Shown one piece after another: positions 49,359 through 57,350 of a stretch of DNA of 64,000 bases (positions are counted from its first letter, which is position 1; each line of letters starts with the position of its first letter). The stretch lies in the sequence record DRR723986_585. One strand, 5' to 3'. The translations under genes and the position numbers were made by a program. A model generated the notes under the pieces. It did no database searches. It was not told the origin of the DNA and saw only the letters and a list, made by a program, of their open reading frames with translations.

Positions 49359-50240
49359 TTAGGCGTTAACTCCTAAAACTTCTGCCATTTTCTTTCCAAT
49401 TTCAGCTGGAGAATCAACAACATGAATTCCGTTTTCACGTAAAATTCTCTTTTTAGCTTCTGCCGTATCGTCTTCACCACCAACAATTGCCCCAGCGTGA
49501 CCCATTGTTCTTCCTACAGGAGCAGTAACTCCAGCAATAAATCCAACAACTGGTTTTTGATTACCGTTTTCTTTGATCCAAGCAGCTGCTTGAGCTTCTA
49601 GATTTCCACCAATCTCACCAATCATTACGATTCCGTGAGTATCTGGGTCGTTCATTAATAATTGAACAGCTTCTTTCGTTGTAGTTCCAATAATTGGGTC
49701 TCCACCAATTCCAATTGCAGTTGTAATTCCTAAACCTGCTTTTACTACTTGATCAGCAGCTTCATAGGTCAATGTACCTGATTTAGAAACGATACCAATG
49801 TTACCTTTTTTGAAGATGAATCCAGGCATAATTCCAACCTTTGCTTCGTCTGCAGTGATAACACCAGGACAGTTAGGTCCAACTAATCTACAATCAAATC
49901 CGCTAATGTATTCTTTAGCTTTGATCATGTCTTTTACAGGAATTCCTTCTGTAATGGCAATGATAACTTTGATTCCACCATCTGCTGCTTCCATAATCGC
50001 GTCAGCTGCAAATGCAGGCGGTACAAAAATGATTGAAACATCAGCTCCAGTTGCTTTAACTGCTTCTTCTACCGTATTATAAACAGGTTTATCTAAATGC
50101 GTTTGTCCACCTTTTCCTGGAGTCACACCTCCAACAACATTTGAACCATACTCAATCATTTGGCCGGCGTGAAATGTTCCTTCACCTCCTGTAAAACCTT
50201 GAACAATTATCTTAGAATCTTTATTTACTAATACTGACAT
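49359..50240 (-). CDS. sucD: succinyl-CoA synthetase alpha subunit
   Basis: VQGFTG, GPNCPG, GIGGDP and MGHAGA motifs. Confidence 0.97.
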   Translation of the reverse strand: MSVLVNKDSKIIVQGFTGGEGTFHAGQMIEYGSNVVGGVTPGKGGQTHLDKPVYNTVEEAVKATGADVSIIFVPPAFAADAIMEAADGGIKVIIAITEGIPVKDMIKAKEYISGFDCRLVGPNCPGVITADEAKVGIMPGFIFKKGNIGIVSKSGTLTYEAADQVVKAGLGITTAIGIGGDPIIGTTTKEAVQLLMNDPDTHGIVMIGEIGGNLEAQAAAWIKENGNQKPVVGFIAGVTAPVGRTMGHAGAIVGGEDDTAEAKKRILRENGIHVVDSPAEIGKKMAEVLGVNA

Positions 50241-50359
50241 AGAATATTTTTTGCAATTGTGAGCTCAAAAATATGTTTTTGAATCGGTAAAACAAAGTCA
50301 AATTGAAATAACATTTCATTATTTCAAATTATCTTAACATAAGTCCTTAATTTTGAGCC

Positions 50360-51733
50360 ATGAACTTTCAGAATCCAGATGATACTATTTGTGCGCTGTC
50401 AACGGCTCAAGGGGTTGGAGCAATATCACTTATAAGGGTTTCAGGTAAAGAAGCTTTCAATATTGTTAGTTCAATGTTCAGTAAAAATTTGAACGAATTA
50501 AAGTCACACACCGCACATTTTGGAGCGATTAAAAATGGGGAAGATATTGTTGATGAAGTTTTAATTAACGTTTTTAAAAATCCGAACAGTTTTACAGGTG
50601 AAGATTTAGTAGAGATAGGATGTCACGGCTCGCCTTTCATACAAAGTGAAATTTTAAAATTGTTATTGGCGAGAGGATCAAGATTAGCAGGACCAGGTGA
50701 GTTTTCTTTGAGAGCGTTTCTGAATGGTAAAATGGATCTTTCTCAAACGGAGGCGATTGCAGATTTAATTGCTTCTAATTCAGCCGCATCCCACAAAATT
50801 GCCATGAATCAAATGCGTGGTGGTTTTTCTAGTGAAATAGGGGAGTTAAGACAAGAGTTATTGAATTTTGCTTCTTTAATTGAATTAGAATTAGATTTTT
50901 CTGAGGAGGATGTTGAATTTGCCGATCGAAAACAACTCAGTGATTTACTCACAGTTATCAAAACTAAAGTCAATTCTTTGGTAGGATCTTTTACTTTGGG
51001 TAACGCAATAAAAAATGGTGTTCCTGTAGCGATAGTGGGTGCGCCTAATGCTGGTAAATCAACCTTATTGAATTCCTTTCTAAAAGAAGAAAAAGCCATA
51101 GTATCGGATATCGCCGGAACAACGCGTGATGTAATTGAAGACACCATTGTATTGGAGGGCATTGAATTCCGATTCATTGATACTGCAGGAATCAGAGAAA
51201 CAACTGATCAAATTGAGAGCTTAGGAATTGAGCGGGCTTATCAGAAAATAAAATCTGCTCGGATAGTGCTGTTGATTTTTGATTTGGTGAATACGAATCA
51301 AAGGGACATCATCCAGCAAATTGAGAATTTCAGTGCTAAACAAATTCAAGATGACCAAAAGTTGATTTGTTTGTTCAATAAGGTCGATTCTGTTGAAAAA
51401 TCTGACTTTTCTGAATTGAATCAATACGGGATATTCATTTCAGCCAAAACCGGAGATGCAATCGATCAACTATCAACATTGTTGATTGATGAAATTCGTT
51501 CAGGAGAGCAAGAAACCAGTACAATTGTCACCAATGTGCGGCATTATGAAGTATTGAAAAAATGCAACGATTCAATCCTCAAAATAGAACAGGGACTTGA
51601 AAGCCAAATTCCAGGTGATTTATTAGCAATGGATATCCGTGAAACCCTTGATTTATTAGGTTCTATCACAGGTCAAGTGACTAATGATGAGCTACTTGGG
51701 AATATTTTTGCAAATTTTTGTATTGGTAAATAA
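50360..51733 (+). CDS. mnmE: tRNA modification GTPase
   Basis: GAPNAGKS, GTTRD, DTAG, NKVD and terminal FCIGK motifs. Confidence 0.97.
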   Translation: MNFQNPDDTICALSTAQGVGAISLIRVSGKEAFNIVSSMFSKNLNELKSHTAHFGAIKNGEDIVDEVLINVFKNPNSFTGEDLVEIGCHGSPFIQSEILKLLLARGSRLAGPGEFSLRAFLNGKMDLSQTEAIADLIASNSAASHKIAMNQMRGGFSSEIGELRQELLNFASLIELELDFSEEDVEFADRKQLSDLLTVIKTKVNSLVGSFTLGNAIKNGVPVAIVGAPNAGKSTLLNSFLKEEKAIVSDIAGTTRDVIEDTIVLEGIEFRFIDTAGIRETTDQIESLGIERAYQKIKSARIVLLIFDLVNTNQRDIIQQIENFSAKQIQDDQKLICLFNKVDSVEKSDFSELNQYGIFISAKTGDAIDQLSTLLIDEIRSGEQETSTIVTNVRHYEVLKKCNDSILKIEQGLESQIPGDLLAMDIRETLDLLGSITGQVTNDELLGNIFANFCIGK

Positions 51734-51779
51734 TCCCCATTTTTTTCTTGTAAAGCAAAGTAGGCAATTGATTTAAATC

Positions 51780-51808
51780 GTTCCGCAGTAGCTGAGCTGC
51801 TGCGGAAC
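51780..51808. repeat. GC-rich intergenic hairpin
   Basis: GTTCCGCAGTAGC-TGA-GCTGCTGCGGAAC; 13-bp stem including one G-U pair on the + strand. Confidence 0.75.
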
Positions 51809-51840
51809 CAAACCATTCCACATCAAACATTAATCTAAAC

Positions 51841-51873
51841 AAAAAAAGGCCCTCTTAAAAAAAGAGAGCCTTT
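51841..51873 (-). terminator. intrinsic terminator of the fadL-SGNH-esterase unit
   Basis: Minus strand AAAGGCTCTCTT-T5-AAGAGGGCC followed by a T-run. Confidence 0.75.
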
Positions 51874-51892
51874 AAAATAGGTTTAACCTTAT

Positions 51893-53173
51893 CTATTTAA
51901 AGATAATTTTCGAAGTGCTTACAACACCTTCAGCTGTAGTTGATTTCAATAAGTAAACGCCTGCATTCAGGTCATTTTTATTAATGATTAAACTAGAACC
52001 ATTTACATCATATGACTCAACAATACGTCCTGAAAGGTCTACTAACACAACTTCAGACAAAGTGATGTCGTTTCCGTATACAACTGTCATTTGATCACTT
52101 GAAGGGTTAGGGAAAATCTCTGAAATTAACGTGTTATTGATGTTCTCAAATCCAAGTCCACAATGAGTTTGTTGATACATTACTGCGCTACCACCCGGAG
52201 CATTGGCTGCTTGCAATGGAGCATCCGTACATCCGAACTGATCTATTAAGAAATCTCTAATAAAGTTGACTGTGGTATCCATATAAGCTGTATTTCCGAA
52301 ATAAACAACGTGGCCACCACCATAATGCGTGTAGAATTTGCTTTCAACTCCAATGTCATTTGCATGTGCATCAATCATTCTACTGCCATCTAAATACATA
52401 ATAGGGAATCCAGAAACACTAGCTTGTCCTCTGCCATAAGGCACTGTTCCGTCATCATCACCGTGTAAAGAAACCATGGGAACATCTCCAGTTTCTATCC
52501 ATCCATATCTCGCTACTGCTCCACACAAATTAATCACACCGGCTACATCTGTTGAATATCCAGGATTACCACTTGTACCTTCCAATCCACCAAGGGAATT
52601 CAAATCTGAAATTGACATAAATTCTTCAATTTCACATTCTTTATCTAAATAAGCGTACTGTAGGGCTGTAATAGCTCCTGCAGAACTTCCTCCAATATAA
52701 ATTCGAGTTGTATCAATTTTATAAGCGTCTGCATTTGAAGCATCTTCATAAAAGAAACGTACGGATGCTTTCATATCTTGAACCGCTCTCAATAAAGCTT
52801 TAATCGCATTCACTGAATCAATTGGCCACATTCCCGTTCTATAATCTATTGACGCACAAACAAATCCTTTTTTTGCGAATCTGTTTGATAATTCCACTAC
52901 ATCTTGCTCAGTTTTTGTTCCACCAATAAAAGATCCACCATGCGCCCAAATGATAAGTGGTCTAGATGTTTCAGTATCTCCAGTTGGTTCATAAATGTCC
53001 ATGTCTAATTGAGTGGTGCTGCCCGTAAAACTGGCATTTGACCCAAAATTGACATCATTTGTTACAGTTACATTGGTAAAGATGTCAGACGCATATCTGC
53101 CACCTGTACACTGCGCGTTAACTTCTGGGGTAAAAGCCAGAATAGTTAAGGCTAAAAGGTAAATTTTCTTCAT
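51893..53173 (-). CDS. T9SS-secreted carboxylesterase/lipase (alpha/beta hydrolase)
   Basis: HGGSF, GSSAG, HGDDD and GGH motifs; C-terminal type A sorting domain (IFPNPS...GVYLLK...KIIFK). Confidence 0.88.
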   Translation of the reverse strand: MKKIYLLALTILAFTPEVNAQCTGGRYASDIFTNVTVTNDVNFGSNASFTGSTTQLDMDIYEPTGDTETSRPLIIWAHGGSFIGGTKTEQDVVELSNRFAKKGFVCASIDYRTGMWPIDSVNAIKALLRAVQDMKASVRFFYEDASNADAYKIDTTRIYIGGSSAGAITALQYAYLDKECEIEEFMSISDLNSLGGLEGTSGNPGYSTDVAGVINLCGAVARYGWIETGDVPMVSLHGDDDGTVPYGRGQASVSGFPIMYLDGSRMIDAHANDIGVESKFYTHYGGGHVVYFGNTAYMDTTVNFIRDFLIDQFGCTDAPLQAANAPGGSAVMYQQTHCGLGFENINNTLISEIFPNPSSDQMTVVYGNDITLSEVVLVDLSGRIVESYDVNGSSLIINKNDLNAGVYLLKSTTAEGVVSTSKIIFK

Positions 53174-53201
53174 AATTTATTTTTTGTGTTAGTAGTTGAT
53201 T

Positions 53202-54536
53202 TTATGGGAACAAAGTTCCGCTATATTGTGTGACACTTGCTAATGGAATGTCAGCATTAAATTGCTCGTTAATTGCTTCTATAAATTTGTTAGCCAGTAG
53301 CGCTTGTCCAATTGGATTTAAATTACGGCCATCCAATGAAAATGCACCACCGGTAACAAAATCTATATTGATATTGACTCCATTGTATAACATGCCAGTT
53401 TTTAATTCATCTAACAGTTCATCAAATCTTGCGATAGCTAGATTATTGTTTGCAGCAACGTTTTCTATAACCGAGTTATATTCATTCAATTTAGTCGTTA
53501 TCTCATCTATTTCCGCTAAAGTCAAAATATATCTATCTGGAATTGGGTTGATAGACCCCATACCGTTACACTTTACAGAATCTAAAGGAATACTCAACAA
53601 TACGATTTCTCCGGGTACCATTTTTCTAACCCCATAAGGCATGTTGCAGTCACATTCTATCGTAAAAGGATTGTCCCCTTCTTCAAAGAAAAGTCCAATC
53701 GGATTAAAAACGCTATTCATGGTCTCTGCCTTTTCAGCATCTAAAGTCAATCCGTTATAAGGTATTAAAGTGAAGTAGGGGTAATCTAGAACATTAGGAA
53801 TGGTTGATATTGCACCTTTTGCACCAGCACCACTAAATGAACTCACAATTTCCTCTAAGGTTCCTTGAAAACCAACTCCAGCAGCTCCTTGACTAGGTGG
53901 AATGGCATTTGTCGTACCACCACTGGTGGCATAAGCCATGATATCCGCATCACCTAATAAGATAGAGTAAAAAGTGGGGTTTCTTGCTAGTGCATCTGAT
54001 AGTATTGAAGCATTTACTTCATCACTGCAAAATCTTGAAAAGAAAGGATTATAGTTTCCTGATCCAGCTGCTGAATTTCCATAACCTTGATTTAACACAT
54101 CTAATGTGCTCATACCAGGTATACCCAAATTATCAAATGGTCCTGCGGCATATACATTTTGTGATAGGATAGAGGGGTTCCCTTGTTCAGCTTTTCTTAC
54201 CGGTGATAAGGAGGTTGTATCTTTGCAATCAGTTTTGTATCCTAAAATAAGTTGAGCATCCCCGTTTAAATTTATTCCACCAGATGATTCTGCGATTAGT
54301 GGCTGCGCAAATGGTGATTCTTGACCAAAATTCAATTGTTGAGCAATGATTGCTGGATAACTGTTCAATTGACCATTATAAAATAAGGCATCATCCATAT
54401 ATCCCGCAGTTGCATCTGTGCCAATTGCAACATATCTACTAGCATCAATATCACCAGTGCTGAATGAAGTATCATCCTTTTTACAGCTCAATGCTATAAA
54501 GCCGATAAGCGAAATGTATAAATAACTCGTTTTCAT
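53202..54536 (-). CDS. SGNH/GDSL-fold lipoprotein, apparently catalytically inactive
   Basis: Lipobox ALSC; YVAIG-TDA-TAG, NLGIPG, LG-DAD and FSLDG-RN-L blocks align with GDSL blocks I, II, III and V. Confidence 0.8.
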   Translation of the reverse strand: MKTSYLYISLIGFIALSCKKDDTSFSTGDIDASRYVAIGTDATAGYMDDALFYNGQLNSYPAIIAQQLNFGQESPFAQPLIAESSGGINLNGDAQLILGYKTDCKDTTSLSPVRKAEQGNPSILSQNVYAAGPFDNLGIPGMSTLDVLNQGYGNSAAGSGNYNPFFSRFCSDEVNASILSDALARNPTFYSILLGDADIMAYATSGGTTNAIPPSQGAAGVGFQGTLEEIVSSFSGAGAKGAISTIPNVLDYPYFTLIPYNGLTLDAEKAETMNSVFNPIGLFFEEGDNPFTIECDCNMPYGVRKMVPGEIVLLSIPLDSVKCNGMGSINPIPDRYILTLAEIDEITTKLNEYNSVIENVAANNNLAIARFDELLDELKTGMLYNGVNINIDFVTGGAFSLDGRNLNPIGQALLANKFIEAINEQFNADIPLASVTQYSGTLFP

Positions 54537-54537
54537 T

Positions 54538-55758
54538 TTAGTAGATGTTGTAAGATACGGAAATTCCTGGTGCTAATACCCTTGTTTTAAAAATTCCGTT
54601 TAATCCAGTTTCTAAATTTTCGCCCTCCCTTTTGACGTGAGTATATAAGAATGAAAAGTCAAATTTTAGCTTATCATTCCAATTGTAACCAAACCCGACA
54701 GTATAGTTAAATCTGTTCGCGTCAGGAGTTTCTGGTGTAATGTAACCATCCTGAACAGGAGTCATAGCATATGCTAATCCCAATCTTATAGCGAGATAAT
54801 CAGTTACTTTATATTCTCCCCCCATTCGAATGGCTAACGCATTTTCATATTTACGTGCTGATTTGGTGTCTTCCAGTGATTCTGTATTCGTTTCATAGTC
54901 AAAAGCCAAGGTGTCATAAGCATTCCATCCCACGTAGTTTGCGTCTATCGCAATTGATAATTGATCATTTGGTTTGATTCCAAACCCAAGTGTTAATACT
55001 TGTGGTAATGGGAGAGAGGAAGTGAAAGATCCTGATGGGAATTTATCTTCTACTGATGAAGGCACCGTAAAAGTGGCCGTACCACTAGTGATATTCATAT
55101 TGATCTGAGAACGATAGGTAAGTCCTATACTCAAATAATTCGTTGGCTGAAAATACAAGCCCACGTTATATCCGAAACCTTGCCCTGATCCATCCAACTC
55201 TGCACTCGCATATTCCCCATCCTGACCTTGTAAGGGGATGTCTTTTTGTAAATTAACTTTACCATAACTGTAGATAAAACCTGCGCCTATTCCTATTTTA
55301 TCCGTAATTCTATAGCTTACTGTTGGTTGAACAAAAATTGATTTTAAAGCCAATCGTGTTAATGCAAATCTACCAACCCAACCGTGTTCCCATTCAACGG
55401 TACTGCCAAATGGTGTGTAAACACCTAAGCCTAGTTTTAGTTTACTGCTGTCTTTGAGTTGAAATAAACCATACGCTGAAAAAGGAGTACCTATCGGTGA
55501 GTCAGTTGAGGCTTTAACTTTGGTGGCATTTTCCGTGAATTCACCTTTGGCAAATGTTGGAGTTATCCCTAATTGAATATCACTTCGGTTAATGAATGAA
55601 GCACCTCCAGGATTAAAGAAAATGGCAGATGCATCTGTCATGAGACCTGTGCCGGCACCACCCATTCCCTGTTGAGTTTGTCCTTGAAGGTTCACCTGAT
55701 ACCCTTGCCCGATTGCAAGGAAAGGTACAAATAAGGCGAAGAAGACAATTTTATTCAT
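54538..55758 (-). CDS. fadL: FadL/OmpP1-family long-chain fatty acid outer-membrane transporter
   Basis: GYQV..QG...GMGGA, FFNPG, TPFG and PETPD motifs; beta-barrel C-terminus. Confidence 0.85.
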   Translation of the reverse strand: MNKIVFFALFVPFLAIGQGYQVNLQGQTQQGMGGAGTGLMTDASAIFFNPGGASFINRSDIQLGITPTFAKGEFTENATKVKASTDSPIGTPFSAYGLFQLKDSSKLKLGLGVYTPFGSTVEWEHGWVGRFALTRLALKSIFVQPTVSYRITDKIGIGAGFIYSYGKVNLQKDIPLQGQDGEYASAELDGSGQGFGYNVGLYFQPTNYLSIGLTYRSQINMNITSGTATFTVPSSVEDKFPSGSFTSSLPLPQVLTLGFGIKPNDQLSIAIDANYVGWNAYDTLAFDYETNTESLEDTKSARKYENALAIRMGGEYKVTDYLAIRLGLAYAMTPVQDGYITPETPDANRFNYTVGFGYNWNDKLKFDFSFLYTHVKREGENLETGLNGIFKTRVLAPGISVSYNIY

Positions 55759-55879
55759 GACGTGGAAAGTCTTTTGTGTGAATATAAAATTTTATATGCA
55801 AACATAGGAAATTAATATTTGAACGGTTAATATGTTATGTATAATGAGATTACAACCAGAATGTATTATTTTTGGATGT

Positions 55880-57349
55880 ATGTTAAAAGGTACAAATTTT
55901 ATCGGTTTTAAAAGATCTAGCAAAGGATTAAAGAAATTTAAAACGGTTAACCCAAAAACATTAGCTCAAAATCCTCAGGAATTTTCAGAAGCTAATCAAG
56001 AAGAGATTTTGGAGGCTTGTGACTTAGCGAGCCGTGCATTTAAAGTATATCGCAATGCCTCTCTAGAAAAGAGGATAATTTTTATTGATGAAATTTGCAA
56101 GAATTTAAATTCAGCAAGAGAGGATCTAGTAGAGATATTCTGTTCTGAAACTGGGTTTGGTTCAGATAGAGCAAATCTCGAATTAGATCGGATGATTTTT
56201 CAATTAAAAAATTATACCGGTAGAACAGAATCACTTTTAATTTCACACGAAAAAGTTGACCTAGTTGATGATAAAAAACTGACGAAGTCATTAATTCCAA
56301 TTGGTCCTGTTGTCGTGTTTGGCGCCAGTAATTTTCCTTTCGCCTATTCAACAGTTGGAGGCGATACAGCAAGTGCCTTAGCAGCAGGATGTCCTGTGAT
56401 TGTTAAATCGCACCCTTGGCATGCCGGGACAGGGGAGATGGTAGCTAGTCTTGTGATTGATGCCGCGCAAAAAACAGGTATGCCTAATGGTGTTTTCTCT
56501 AATTTGAACAGTTCAGGAATTGAGGTTGGTCGAGAATTAGTGTTGAATGAGCATGTGAAGGCTGTTGGATTTACCGGTTCAATCAAAGGTGGTAGAGCCA
56601 TAATGGATTTAGCCAGCTCAAGACCAGAACCAATTCCGGTTTATGCCGAAATGGGAAGCACAAACCCAATCTTCGTTTCAACTCAGGTTTTGAGTCAAAA
56701 CAAAAAGCATTGGGCATATTTAATTGCAGGGTCTATGGTGCAAGGGAATGGGCAGTTTTGCACCAGTCCAGGAATGATAATTGCTAAAAAATCTGAAGAA
56801 TTCAGCCTATTTAAAGATGCCATAGCTGCAGAATTGAGCCAAAAAGTGAGTCAGGTGATGCTGCATCCACAAATTGCCGCTAACTTTTCTGAAGGAATCA
56901 AATCCATGACCTATAAAAAGGATGGTGAAGTTATCAAGCAAGGTGAATCCAATGATAAACTTTTGGCGTCAGCAGGATTGATAAGTGTAAGCGCTAAGCA
57001 TTTCGTTAATGATTTTGACTTTCATCAAGAGGTATTTGGGCCATTTGCCATTTTCATTGAATGGACGAGTGAAGCTGAACTTGATCAAGTAATTGAGGCG
57101 CTGCACGGTCAATTGACTGCAACCATTCTATTCGAACCTGAAGAAGAAATCTCCGATCTCATTGAGAAAGTGAAATATAAAGTTGGAAGATTGGTTTTAA
57201 ATGGAGTTCCTACCGGAGTCAGTGTTTCTAAGTCAATGCATCACGGTGGTCCATACCCAGCTTCATCTGATGCACGTTTTACTGCAGTTGGCGAAGATGC
57301 TGTTTTAAGATGGTTGAGGCCTGTAACGGTACAAGAGCAGAAATCCTAA
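55880..57349 (+). CDS. NADP-dependent aldehyde dehydrogenase (alpha-ketoglutaric semialdehyde dehydrogenase-like)
   Basis: FGASNFP, GGDTASALAAG, GFTGS, EMGSTNP, GQFCT and HGGPYPA motifs. Confidence 0.88.
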   Translation: MLKGTNFIGFKRSSKGLKKFKTVNPKTLAQNPQEFSEANQEEILEACDLASRAFKVYRNASLEKRIIFIDEICKNLNSAREDLVEIFCSETGFGSDRANLELDRMIFQLKNYTGRTESLLISHEKVDLVDDKKLTKSLIPIGPVVVFGASNFPFAYSTVGGDTASALAAGCPVIVKSHPWHAGTGEMVASLVIDAAQKTGMPNGVFSNLNSSGIEVGRELVLNEHVKAVGFTGSIKGGRAIMDLASSRPEPIPVYAEMGSTNPIFVSTQVLSQNKKHWAYLIAGSMVQGNGQFCTSPGMIIAKKSEEFSLFKDAIAAELSQKVSQVMLHPQIAANFSEGIKSMTYKKDGEVIKQGESNDKLLASAGLISVSAKHFVNDFDFHQEVFGPFAIFIEWTSEAELDQVIEALHGQLTATILFEPEEEISDLIEKVKYKVGRLVLNGVPTGVSVSKSMHHGGPYPASSDARFTAVGEDAVLRWLRPVTVQEQKS

Positions 57350-57350
57350 T

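Noticed and set aside
49359-50240. sucD without adjacent sucC
   Set aside because: Separation of the two subunit genes is common in Bacteroidota.
51716-51733. 3' end of mnmE (trmE) as a genomic-island attachment site
   Set aside because: It is a known hotspot in other bacteria, but no integrase or duplicated att sequence was seen downstream.
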